Shown here: positions 10,547 to 20,551 of the stretch, one piece after another
How positions within the stretch are numbered: position 1 is the first letter of the stretch
Layout: the number at the start of each line of letters is the position of its first letter
Assembly: GCA_963843185.1 (NCBI GenBank)
Contig: CAWJJJ010000023.1
Span: 61,040-125,039, forward strand
Length of the DNA: 64,000 nucleotides
Reading direction: 5' to 3'
From: an uncultured Alphaproteobacteria bacterium
GTDB taxonomy: Bacteria; Pseudomonadota; Alphaproteobacteria; Reyranellales; Reyranellaceae
The notes under the pieces: generated by a model
What the model saw: the letters and a program-made list of their open reading frames with translations, nothing else
Databases searched by the model: none
Told to the model about the DNA's origin: nothing
Program-made: the position numbers and the translations under genes

Positions 10547-11611
10547 CTAGGGCCGGGCTTCGAGCACCATGTTGAACGGTCCTTCGGCGGCCCGGCGAAC
10601 CTGTCGAAATCCGCCGTCCTTCAAGATCTCGGTCAACTTGGCCTCTCCCGCCTGGGCACCCAGACCCTCGCCGACCTCCTGGGCGAGGGAGGTGGGCAGG
10701 CAGATCATCGTCGAAGCGTTGTAACTGAGCCTGCTGACGGGATTGCCGATATTGTCGGCAGGGCGATCGGCTGCAATGGGCTCGACGAGCATCCATGTGC
10801 CGTCTGGTTTCAGAAGCTGGCGCAGGTGCTTCGCGCAGCCGCGTGGATCTCCCATGTCGTGCAGGCAATCGAACATGGTGACGAGATCGAAGTCGCGCTC
10901 GACGATGTCCTTTGCCCGGGCGGTCACGAAGCGAACACGATCAGCAAGACCATGGGCCTCGGCGTGCGCTTTGGCCTGCTCGATGGACGGCGCGTGAAAG
11001 TCGTAGCCGACGAACGAACTCGATGGGAAAGCCTTTGCCATCAAGAGCGTGGAGAATCCCACGCCACAGCCGACATCGGCCACCTTCGCGCCGTCCACTA
11101 TCTTCTGTTGGACACCGTCCAGGGCGGGCAGCCACGATTGAACAATGCTGTTCATGTAACCCGGCCGGAAGAATGAGCCGATGGCGCAGAACAGGCATCC
11201 GCTGCTTTCGCCCCAGGCAACACCTTGACCGGTTCGAAACGCCGCCTCGACCTTGGACTGTCCCTCGACCATGGCTGCCGCCAGGTCGAACGCGCCTTCC
11301 AGAAACACCGGGCTGTCCTTGATGGCAAAAACCATCGCCTGTTCCGGCGAGAGGCTGAACCGCTCCTCCTCCGCGTCGAACACGGCATATCCGTTGGCTG
11401 CCTGAGCCATCGCCCATTCCCGCACGTACCGCTCGGCCAGGCCGGTCTGCGCCGAGAGTTCGGATATGCGGGCTGGGCCGTGACGATGAAGGGCTTCGAA
11501 AAGGCCCAATCGATAGCCAATGCGCACCGTGGGAACGCTGAAGGCACCGCCCAAGTCGCCAAGCATCTTGCCAACCAGCGCGCCGAGCTTGTCGTTGTCG
11601 ATATCACTCAT
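10547..11611 (-). CDS. Class I SAM-dependent methyltransferase with N-terminal winged helix (Rv2258c-like)
   Basis: GYRLGLF, ERYVREW, VADVGCGVG, FDCLHDMGDP, GLGAQAGE. Confidence 0.88.
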   Translation of the reverse strand: MSDIDNDKLGALVGKMLGDLGGAFSVPTVRIGYRLGLFEALHRHGPARISELSAQTGLAERYVREWAMAQAANGYAVFDAEEERFSLSPEQAMVFAIKDSPVFLEGAFDLAAAMVEGQSKVEAAFRTGQGVAWGESSGCLFCAIGSFFRPGYMNSIVQSWLPALDGVQQKIVDGAKVADVGCGVGFSTLLMAKAFPSSSFVGYDFHAPSIEQAKAHAEAHGLADRVRFVTARAKDIVERDFDLVTMFDCLHDMGDPRGCAKHLRQLLKPDGTWMLVEPIAADRPADNIGNPVSRLSYNASTMICLPTSLAQEVGEGLGAQAGEAKLTEILKDGGFRQVRRAAEGPFNMVLEARP

Positions 11612-11692
11612 GACTGCGAATTACCTCCTGAAGGGGAACCAAGAGGACGCGGCCTGTACTCCGGCCCGTCCTGTCTTGCGATCGGTCGCCGA

Positions 11693-11741
11693 CGATCGGG
11701 CCGGACTGTTATCAGCGGACCGTCCCCTGCCCGTCCCCTGG
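11693..11741 (-). promoter_or_regulatory. Conserved 49-bp promoter/operator element, copy 2, upstream of methyltransferase
   Basis: Matches 8842-8890; GTCCCCTG at 11722 and 11733. Confidence 0.75.
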
Positions 11742-11775
11742 CGCCCTCCCAAGGGGAGCCGCTGAGGGGCCTCGG

Positions 11776-12687
11776 TCAGTCGGTCTCGATCGGCAGAGAC
11801 TCCGTCTTTGCCCACTCGCCCATCGAGGCGTCGTAGAGCGTGATGTCGTCATGGCCGAGCTGGTGCAGCAGGAACAGGTCGATGGTGGCCGAGATGCCGC
11901 CGCCGCAATAGCAGATCGTGCGCTTGTCCTTCGCAACGCCCTGGGCTGCGAACTTCGCCGCCGCGTCGGCGAGCGGGATGAAGCCCTTGGTCGCGGGATC
12001 GACCAGCGTGGCCGCCGGCACGTTGACGCTGCCGGGCACGCGGCCGGGTCGGCCGTAGCGGCTGGGTTCCAGGCCGCGATGGAACTGCGGCCCCAGCGCG
12101 TTCACGGTGACGGTGTCGCGGCGCCCGATGGCGGCCCTCACCCTCGCGGCATCGACGAACATGCCGTCGCGCGGCGCCGCCGTGAAGGTCGCCGGCGGAT
12201 AGCCGCGCGGCGCGCCTATCTCGAGCGGCCGGCCTTCGGCCTTCCATTTGTCGAGGCCGCCGTCGAGCACGGCCGCGTCGTCGAAGCCGAGCGAGCGCAG
12301 CATCCACCAGAAGCGCGTCGCCCACATCATCGTGCCGATGCTGTAGAGCACGACGCGCGTGCCCGGGCGCGCGCCAGTCCCGACACCGTGCCGGCCGAAC
12401 GCGGCCTCCAGCTTGGCGATCGGCGGCATCATGAAGTGCAGATGCGTGGCGCTATCGGAGAACTCGCCCTGCAGGTCGAGGAAGTCGGCACCGGGGATGT
12501 GGCCGTCCTCGAACGTCTTGCGGCCGGGCACGGCGATGTAGGGCTCGGCTGAGCCGGCGGGCGCCGGGTCGAGGGTGGTCGTGCAGTCGAACACGCGCAG
12601 CGACGGATCGCCAGGCGAAGCGGCCCCAGACGCGGCCAGGGAAGCCGCAAGTGTGGCGGTGTCGATCAGGGCGCGCGGGTCGCGCAT
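11776..12687 (-). CDS. Tandem rhodanese sulfurtransferase (SseA/MST family)
   Basis: GHIPGA, WWMLR..LDGG, active-site YCGGG, LYDASMGEW. Confidence 0.9.
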   Translation of the reverse strand: MRDPRALIDTATLAASLAASGAASPGDPSLRVFDCTTTLDPAPAGSAEPYIAVPGRKTFEDGHIPGADFLDLQGEFSDSATHLHFMMPPIAKLEAAFGRHGVGTGARPGTRVVLYSIGTMMWATRFWWMLRSLGFDDAAVLDGGLDKWKAEGRPLEIGAPRGYPPATFTAAPRDGMFVDAARVRAAIGRRDTVTVNALGPQFHRGLEPSRYGRPGRVPGSVNVPAATLVDPATKGFIPLADAAAKFAAQGVAKDKRTICYCGGGISATIDLFLLHQLGHDDITLYDASMGEWAKTESLPIETD

Positions 12688-12788
12688 GGCGGTGTCCTCC
12701 GGGTTTCACGGCAAGGTCACACCGGCGGTCGCGATTTGCAATCATCGGAGGTACGCTCGGCTCGCCCTTTCACGAGGAACCCCGAATC

Positions 12789-13208
12789 ATGACCACGTCC
12801 GACATTGCCTATACGCCGATCCTGCCCGAGGGCTGGACGCGCCCGCGCGGTTTCTCGCATGGCGTCGTCGCCGCCGGCACGAGGAGCGTGCGCATCGCCG
12901 GCCAGATCGGCCGCGAGCCCGGGCAGGCCCATATCCCCGTGGGGACAGACGCTGGCGCGCAATGGAAAGTGGCGCTCGGCAATCTCGTGGCCGTCCTGAA
13001 GGCCGCGGGCGGCAAGCCCGAGCACCTGGTGGCGCTGCGCGCCTACGTCACCGACATCGCCGAGTTCAACGCCGCCGGCACCGCGATCGGCGCTGCGTGG
13101 GGTGCCACGCTCGGCCGGCACTTCCCGGCGATGACGCTGGTCCAGGTCTCGGCCCTGATCGATCCCCATGCCAAGGTCGAGATCGAGGGTGAAGCCATCC
13201 TTCCGTGA
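12789..13208 (+). CDS. RidA/YjgF family protein
   Basis: PRGFSHG, AGQIG, FPAMTLVQVSAL..KVEIEG. Confidence 0.88.
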   Translation: MTTSDIAYTPILPEGWTRPRGFSHGVVAAGTRSVRIAGQIGREPGQAHIPVGTDAGAQWKVALGNLVAVLKAAGGKPEHLVALRAYVTDIAEFNAAGTAIGAAWGATLGRHFPAMTLVQVSALIDPHAKVEIEGEAILP

Positions 13209-13291
13209 GCCTCGTGGGCGCGTACCTCCCCTGCCCTCCCGGCCGCAAATAGGCTCTACTTCCCTGAAGAAAAGGCCCCAAGGAGGAGCCC

Positions 13292-13621
13292 ATGACCACC
13301 GCCGTTCTCATCGTCCGGGCAAGACTGACGAAGCTGGCCGATCGGCCGGCATTCGACACCTGGTACCGGGCAGAACATCTGCCGAGCGGCGTCAGGCAAT
13401 TCAAGGCTCAACGCGGATGGCGCTGCTGGAGCAGGACCAATCCTCTGGTTCACATCGCCCTTTATGAGTTCCCGAGTGTCGAGGAGGCCGAGAGCATCCT
13501 GGACTCGGCGGCGCTGGCTGCACAAATCGCCGAGTTCGACCGCGTCTGGGGAACGGGCGTCGAGCGCACGCGCGAAATCGTCGAGGTGGTCGAGGAACTT
13601 TCCACGCCGCTCGATCGGTAG
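13292..13621 (+). CDS. Dimeric alpha-beta barrel (EthD/DUF4286-like) protein
   Basis: FDTWYRAEHLP, HIALYEF; AGGAGG RBS. Confidence 0.7.
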   Translation: MTTAVLIVRARLTKLADRPAFDTWYRAEHLPSGVRQFKAQRGWRCWSRTNPLVHIALYEFPSVEEAESILDSAALAAQIAEFDRVWGTGVERTREIVEVVEELSTPLDR

Positions 13622-13625
13622 CCCC

Positions 13626-14471
13626 ATGTCCGCACCTGACCTCGACGGCCGCATCGCGCTCATCACCGGCGCCGCCGGCGGCATCGGCCAACCCCTCGCG
13701 CGCGCCTTTGTCGATGCCGGCCTGCGCGTTGCGCTTTGCGACACGTCCGAGGAGAGCGTCCGTCGTCTCCAGGGCGAACTCGGCACCGACCGGACACTTG
13801 CGCTTCCCCTGGACGTGTCGGACCCCGCTGCCTGCCGCGACAGTGTGAGCCGCACGATTGCCCGTTTCGGCCGCCTCGACGTGCTGGTCAACAATGCCGC
13901 GGTGGGGATGTCCACGGTGCGCGCCGACCATATGCGCCGTGTCGTGCAGATCGAGGACATCGCGCCGGACGTCTGGGCCCGCTTCATCGCGGTCAACCTG
14001 TCCGGCCCGTTCTACATGGCCCACGCCGCCGTGCCCGGCATGCGCGCCCAAAAATTCGGGCGGATCATCAACGTCACCACCAGCTATTTCACGATGCTCA
14101 ATCCGGGCTTTGCACCCTACGGCCCGGCCAAGTCCGGCCTGGAAGCCTGGAGCACCAGCCTGGCCGGGGAACTGAAGGGCACGGGCATTACCGTCAACGT
14201 CGTGGTGCCAGGCGGGCCCACCGACACGCCGATGGTGCCGGACGACGGAACCATGGAACGCAGCCAGCTGATCCGCCCGGAAAAGATGGCTCCGCCCATG
14301 CTGCATCTCGCGTCCGATGCCGGCGGCGGCATCACCGGCATGCGCTTCGTTGCCGCGAAGTGGGACTCCTCGCCCTCGGTCGCCGATGCCATCGCCGCTT
14401 CCGGTGCGCCGGCCGGCTGGCCTGACCTTGCACAAAGCCCGGTCTGGCCGGGCGGCGGCCCGAAGCGCTGA
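13626..14471 (+). CDS. SDR family oxidoreductase
   Basis: TGAAGGIG, NNAA, YGPAK. Confidence 0.9.
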   Translation: MSAPDLDGRIALITGAAGGIGQPLARAFVDAGLRVALCDTSEESVRRLQGELGTDRTLALPLDVSDPAACRDSVSRTIARFGRLDVLVNNAAVGMSTVRADHMRRVVQIEDIAPDVWARFIAVNLSGPFYMAHAAVPGMRAQKFGRIINVTTSYFTMLNPGFAPYGPAKSGLEAWSTSLAGELKGTGITVNVVVPGGPTDTPMVPDDGTMERSQLIRPEKMAPPMLHLASDAGGGITGMRFVAAKWDSSPSVADAIAASGAPAGWPDLAQSPVWPGGGPKR

Positions 14472-14493
14472 TCCGCTACCGAGGAATAGCGAT

Positions 14494-15461
14494 TTGATCC
14501 CTGCCGAGAATGCGTCGCGCCGCACGCCCGGAGCCTTCGTCGTCGTCGACTGGGGCACCAGCAGCTTTCGCGGCTGGCTGATGTCGGCCGACGGCGAGGC
14601 GCTGGCGGAAAGCCACGGCGGTGAAGGCATGCTGCACTGTGCCGGTGCCGGTGCTGGATTTGCGCCGGTGCTGCGCGATCACCTCGCCCGGCTCGGCGCG
14701 CCGGCGGACGCTCCTGTCCTGATCTGCGGCATGGCGGGCGCGCGCCAGGGCTGGGCCGAAGCACCTTATCTCAAGACACCGACGCGGCTGGATGCCCTGC
14801 ACGAGGGCGCCATCCGGATCGACTGCGCCCGGCGACATCCGCATCCTGCCCGGCATCGCCCAGGTCCGAGCCCGACCGGCCCGACGTCATGCGCGGGGAG
14901 GAAACCCAGCTCCTGGGCGTGACCGAACCCGACTTCACTGGCCTCGTCTGCATCCCCGGCACGCACAGCAAATGGGTCAGGATCGACGCCGGCCGCATCG
15001 TCGAGTTCTCGACCTACATGACCGGCGAGCTGTTCTCGGTGATCGCAGAGCACAGCATCCTCGCCCACGCCCTCGAGACGGCGGGCCCCTCTCCGGTCGA
15101 CGGCCCACCATTCCGCGAGGGCCTTTCGACAGCGCTGGCGGCGCCCACATCCTTGACCGCGTCGCTGTTCCGCCTGCGGGCCGCGCAGCTTCTGGGCTTC
15201 GCGCAGCGTGCAGAAGGTGCTGCGCGGCTGTCGGGCCTCCTGATCGGGACCGAGCTCGCCGATGCGCTCGCCGACACGGGCCGCTCCGGTCGCTGCGGCT
15301 GATCGGCGCCGGGTCGCTGGGGCGGCTTTATGAGGCGGCGCTCGATCGGGCAGGGTCTCGACGTGACAGTGGTGGATGCCGAGCAGGCGTCGCGGCTCGG
15401 CCTCGCCAAGGCCGCCACCAGGATCTGGGGGTCGATCTCGGAAGCAAAGGTCAGGACATGA
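14494..15461 (+). CDS. dgoK: 2-dehydro-3-deoxygalactonokinase (several frameshifts)
   Basis: VDWGTSSFR, CGMAGARQGW.EAPY, DVMRGEETQ, PGTHSKW, MTGELF, LSGLLIGTE across frames; TTG start with GAGGA RBS. Confidence 0.85.
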
Positions 15462-15571
15462 CGGAGCCTGTACCCTGGCCGGCGACGGACGTGGTCGCCG
15501 GCGCGGTCGGCGCGTATGACCTGGCCCAAGACAGTGCCCCGTCCGAGGCGGCCGGCCAGAAGGAGCGGTGA
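15458..15571 (+). pseudogene. Probable internally deleted dgoA (KDPGal aldolase) remnant
   Basis: ATGA-coupled to dgoK; 37 aa MTEPVPWP-ATDVVAGAVGAYD resembling joined N- and C-termini of DgoA. Confidence 0.45.
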
Positions 15572-16522
15572 TGGAATACAGGCCTCTCGGAAAAACCGGC
15601 CTCACGGTCAGCGTCGCCGGGCTCGGGTGCGGCGGCAACAGCCGCCTTGGCCTCGGCCGCGGCGCGAGCTTCGACGATTGCGTGGCGGTCGTGCGCACGG
15701 CCGTCGATCTCGGGGTCAATTTTCTCGACACCGCCGAGGCCTATGGCACCGAGGAGATCGTCGGTGCCGCCGTCCGGTCTTATGACCGCACCAAGCTGGT
15801 GATCTCGACCAAAGCCATCTTCAACACAGGGGATACCGGCGAGACGGTAACCCGCAAGGTGGAGGCGGCGCTGCGGCGGCTGAACCTCGACTACGTGGAC
15901 GTCTTCCATTTCCACGCCGTGTCTCCGGCGGCCTACGACCACCATCGTGATGTTCTTGCGCCCGCTCTCGTGAAGATGAAGGAACAGGGCAAGGTGCGCC
16001 ATGTCGGCATCACCGAGACCAGCCCCAACGATCCGGAACAGAAAATGCTGGCCCGGGCAATCGAGGAGGAGCCCTGGGAAGTCACCATGCTGGCCTATAG
16101 CCTCATGAACCAGGGAGCGCGCCGCAAGATCTTTCCCGTGACACAGCGTCGAGGCATCGGCACGCTCCTGATGTTCGTCGTGCGCAATATCTTCAGCAAC
16201 GCCGCCTATCGTGCCGACATCTTCGCCGGGTTGGTCGAGCAAGGCCATCTCGATGCGTCGATCCTTGCCACGGCGATCCGCTCGGGTTCCTGGTTGCCGA
16301 AGGCGGTGTGCAAAGCATCACGGACGCCGCCTATCGCTACGCGCGCCACGAGCAGGGCGTCGATGTCGTTCTCTTCGGAACCGGCAACAAGGCGCACGTC
16401 AAGGCCAACGTCGGCTCGATACTCCGTCCACCCTGGCGCCGCCGATCATCGAGCGGCTTCACGCCATGTTCGGAGACCTGACCGGCGTCGGCCTCGACCG
16501 GCCCGGAGCTGTCAAAAAGTGA
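15571..16522 (+). CDS. Aldo/keto reductase (frameshifts ~16268, ~16425)
   Basis: MEYRPLGKTGLTVS, FLDTAEAYGTE, STK, DYVDVFHFH, GKVRHVG. Confidence 0.85.
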
Positions 16523-16632
16523 TCGGCATTCATTCGCCCGCCCGTCTTCGGGCAGGGTCGGCAAGGACGACCCTGCACCGCACCGCGTGGTGCGCTCCCT
16601 GTGATTTTCAGTCGTATGCGGTCTGCCGCCCG

Positions 16633-19021
16633 TCAGGCCGCTGGCTTGAGCTCCGTCGGTGACGGGACGATCCGGCCTGCCTGCAGCAACGGCTCGAGAT
16701 CTCTCACCGACAGCGGCTTGGCGAACAAGTATCCTTGCACTTCGCGGCAGCCCCAGGACCTGACGAGGCGCAACTGCTCCGCCGTCTCGACACCCTCGGC
16801 GATGACATCGATCTCGAGTTCACGGGCAAGCCCGATGGTCGCTTTCACCACCGCCGCGCTGCCTGCCGAAGTACTCGCCCCGGTGCCGAGCTCCAGCACG
16901 AAATTCTGCGCGATCTTGATGCGATCCACTGGAAACTGGCGCAGGTAGTCGAGCGAGGAAAAACCGGTTCCGAAATCATCGATCGCCAGTCTGATGCCGC
17001 TTGCGCGCAACCGGACAAGAAGCTCGTTGTTGGCGTGCGATGTGGCCATCAGAAGGGATTCGGTGATCTCGAGCTCGAGCATGCCGGGCGAGAGACCCGA
17101 CGCCGCCAGGGCAGCGAAGACGTCCTTCTCGAGTTCGAGCGGAGCCTTGAACTGGAGCGTCGACAGGTTCACCGCCATGATGCCAGGGGCAAGGCCGGCT
17201 TCGCGCCATTTCCCGGCCTGACGGCAGGCCTCCCACAGGACCCAACGGCCGAGAGCGACGATCAGGCCGTTCGTCTCGGCCGCCGGAATGAATTCGACCG
17301 GCGAAATCATGCCGAGCGCGGGGTGGCGCCAGCGCGCCAGGGCCTCGACTCCGAGGATGCGGCCGGTCGAGGCCTCGACCTGCGGCTGGTAGACGAGAAA
17401 GATCTGCGGCGAACCGATGGCTTCGCGCAAGTCGTGCCCGAGGGAGACCCTGGTTCGTACGTCGGTATCCATCGATTCGGTGAAGAACCGAAAGGTGCCA
17501 CGGCCCTCGCCCTTCGCGCGGTAGAGCGCGAGGTCGGCGCGCGACAGCAGCATCTCTGCGTCGGTGGCATCCAACCCGTAGATGGCGATGCCGATGCTGG
17601 CGCCACTGCGCATCTGGCTTTCGCCGACGGAGAATGGCTGACTGAAGGCCTCCAGCAGCCCTGCCGCCAGGACGCCGGCATCCGCCGGCTCCTTGATCTC
17701 GGTGGCGAGGATCGCGAACTCGTCGCCGCCGAAACGGGCGACCGTGTCGGTTTCCCGCACGTTGGCTTCCAGACGCTTGGCGACCTCCCGCAGCAGCGCA
17801 TCGCCCACGGGATGTCCCAGCGTGTCGTTGATGTCCTTGAAATGATCGAGGTCCAGATAGAGGACGGCGAAGCCCGGGCCGCCGTGTCGCGCCCAGGCGA
17901 TCGCCTTCTGGACCGCGGCGGCGAACACGGCGCGGTTGGGCAGCCCGGTCAGGAGGTCGAGCCGCGCCAATTCCACGAGCTTTGCCTCGTTGCGTTTGTG
18001 CAAGGTGATGTCGCGAATCGCGGCCGTGACCAGGATACCCTCGTCACTCTTCAGAGGGCTCAGCATGATCTCGATGGGAAACTCGCTGCCGTCCTTGCGC
18101 TTGCCGGACAACTCGATCCCCGTGCCGATCTGCTGGGCCAGCGCATCGGCGGTGCTGCGCGTACCATCAGCGATCAGTCGCTCCGCGAATCCCCGCGGAA
18201 TGATGTCGGTGATCTGTCGGCCCACCAGGTCGTCACTGCCGTAGCCGAACTGCTTCCCGGCCTGGAGGTTCGACAGGACGATCTCTCTGCTCTGGTTCAC
18301 CACGACCATGGGGTCCGGCGCCGCCTCCAGCAGGCCGCGGTACCGGCCCTCTACCTGCGCCAGGTGCCGTTCGGCCGCCTTGCGCATCAAGCCGTCGCGC
18401 CGGGCGCTCCAGGCCGCGGCGGCTACGATCAACAAGCCCAGAATGGAGCCGAAGATGACCACGCTTTTGGCCTCTTCCTCGCTCTCGCTCGAGGTCGCGT
18501 TGCGCAGCGCCAGCAGCCGCAACTCCTCGTTCTGCAGATCGTGAACGATCGCTTGAACCTCATCCGAAAGCCGCTGGCCTTCTCCCCCGGCGAACGCATT
18601 GGCCACCCCCTGCAAACCCTCGGTGCGGCGCAGGCCAATGACGACTTCCGCCCGCTTGATCTTCTCGGCGGCCAAGGCTTCGAGGGCTGGAAGCCGCGCC
18701 TGCTGTACGGGATTGTCCACCGTCAATCCGCGAATGGCGGCTTCGGCCCGGTCCGCGCGCACGACGCCGGCGCCGTAGGACTGGAGATAGGAGTCGTCTC
18801 CACTCAAGGCAAATCCGCGTACGTTCGAGTCGATGCTTGCCTGCGCGGAAAGCAGACTATCGAGTGTCCCGAGAAGTCTCCCGGGTATGCTGCACCCATC
18901 GGACGTCTTCGTCGGAATTGACCATGAAGCGATAGGAGGCCCCGCCCACGACGAGCAGGGTCAAAAGGGCGACACCAAATGCGAGCGCCGCCTTCCAATT
19001 CGATCGAGACACGATTTTCAT
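16633..19021 (-). CDS. Membrane CHASE3-PAS-GGDEF-EAL c-di-GMP signalling protein (frameshift ~18880)
   Basis: N-terminal TM plus WVQHT; RGF; PAS (RKDGSEFPIEIMLSP); RFGGDEF; EALARW; DDFGTGFSSL. Confidence 0.88.
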
Positions 19022-19308
19022 TGCATGCCGCCCCCGTCCCATGCCGGGCGAGGCGTCGAAGAACGGACGCATGGGTGCGATAGAACGTCGCCGGCTCTCA
19101 TATATTGTCCTTATGCGCGGGTCTGAAATCCGCGCCTCGGAGGCGAGCCAAGTCGTTTCCGCGAGCCTGGAGCGGACGGTGAGACATCAATCCAACGGTG
19201 AAGTGAAGTAAAGGTTGCAACAGAGGATCCGCACACTCGCCAGATGCGAACTGGTCGCGGTTGACTGTGTCCTGGACTGCGTCGCCCTTCTTCCCGACCC
19301 GTCCTGCC

Positions 19309-20361
19309 TCACATCAGGAAAACGCCTTTGCCGTCCGATTGCTTGTCGAACAGCCTGTAGGCCTCCTCCGCCTGGTCGAGCGTCCAGCGGTGCGTGAACA
19401 GCCTGTCGACATCGACCTTGCGCTCGATGCAGAACGCCGCGCACTCGGCCTGGATGACGGTGGAGAAGGTCCACGACGCGATCAGCGTCATCTGGCGCCT
19501 GAGCAGGTGCGGGCTGACGTCGATCGTGACGTCGCCGCCCTCGCCCACGAAGCACATGGTGCCCCAGACCTTGGTGCTGCGGATGGCATTGAGACGGGCC
19601 TCGCGGTTGCTCGAGGTATCGAGCGACAGGTCGGCGTATTTGCCGTGCGTCAGTTGCTTGATCGCCTCGACGGGATCGTTGGAGCCCGGGTTGACCAGCT
19701 CGTCGGCGCCGAATTCCCGGGCGCGCTCCAGCCGCTGCGGGTTGGTGTCGAGCGCGATCACCCGCGCGCCCATCGCCTTGGCGAACTGGGTGCCGGCCAG
19801 GCCGACCGGCCCCTGGCCGAAGATGGCGATCGTGTCCCGGCCGGAGACGTTCATGCGCCGGAGCGCGCCATAGGCGGTGCCGGAGCCGCAGGAGATGGCG
19901 GCGCCCGCCGTGAAGCTCAGGCCCTCATGCAGCGGCACCATCGTGTTGGCCGGCACCTTGAGGTATTTGGCATGCCCGCCATGGGCGTTGTTGCCATAGA
20001 CCTTCACCGGCACCTCCTGGCAGAGCTGCTGCCAGCCGGAGCGGCAATGGCTGCACTGGGTGCAGCCCTGGTAGTGATGCACCATCATGCGGTCGCCGAT
20101 TTTGGCTTCCGCATCGGTGACCCCGGCGCCCACCGCCACGACGATGCCGCAGGGCTCGTGCCCGGCGATTACGGGCTCGGTGCTCGGCGGGATGCCGGTG
20201 CCCGCGCGGGGCTGGTTCTTCGGCCGGCGATATTGGTGAAGGTCGGACCCGCACATGCCGGAGGCCTTCATTTCAAGCACCACTTCGCCCGGACCCGGCG
20301 TGGGATCGGGAAAGGTCATGATCTCGACAGCCCGCTCGCCGGGAAACACGACGCCACGCAT
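19309..20361 (-). CDS. Zn-dependent alcohol dehydrogenase
   Basis: GMCGSDLH, GHEPCG, CxxCxxC..C, GQGPVG. Confidence 0.92.
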   Translation of the reverse strand: MRGVVFPGERAVEIMTFPDPTPGPGEVVLEMKASGMCGSDLHQYRRPKNQPRAGTGIPPSTEPVIAGHEPCGIVVAVGAGVTDAEAKIGDRMMVHHYQGCTQCSHCRSGWQQLCQEVPVKVYGNNAHGGHAKYLKVPANTMVPLHEGLSFTAGAAISCGSGTAYGALRRMNVSGRDTIAIFGQGPVGLAGTQFAKAMGARVIALDTNPQRLERAREFGADELVNPGSNDPVEAIKQLTHGKYADLSLDTSSNREARLNAIRSTKVWGTMCFVGEGGDVTIDVSPHLLRRQMTLIASWTFSTVIQAECAAFCIERKVDVDRLFTHRWTLDQAEEAYRLFDKQSDGKGVFLM

Positions 20362-20551
20362 GGCTTCCTCCGTTTGTTGTTCGTTGCGACGAAATCTATC
20401 GGGGTTTGTCGCCTCTCCCTACCCGGAAATCGCCGGGGGCCGCCGCCGCGAGACCCGCGACCGCAAGGTGAGCCGGCGCGCCGTCGGCCAGATGCCAGGC
20501 TGCCGACACCATTCCGTCATTGTCGGCAGTACCCGCCGCCGGGCAGCGCCA

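Noticed and set aside
20500..20529. 9-bp hairpin CTGCCGACA..TGTCGGCAG as a riboswitch
   Set aside because: No recognisable aptamer or U-tract; likely a simple intergenic mRNA stem.
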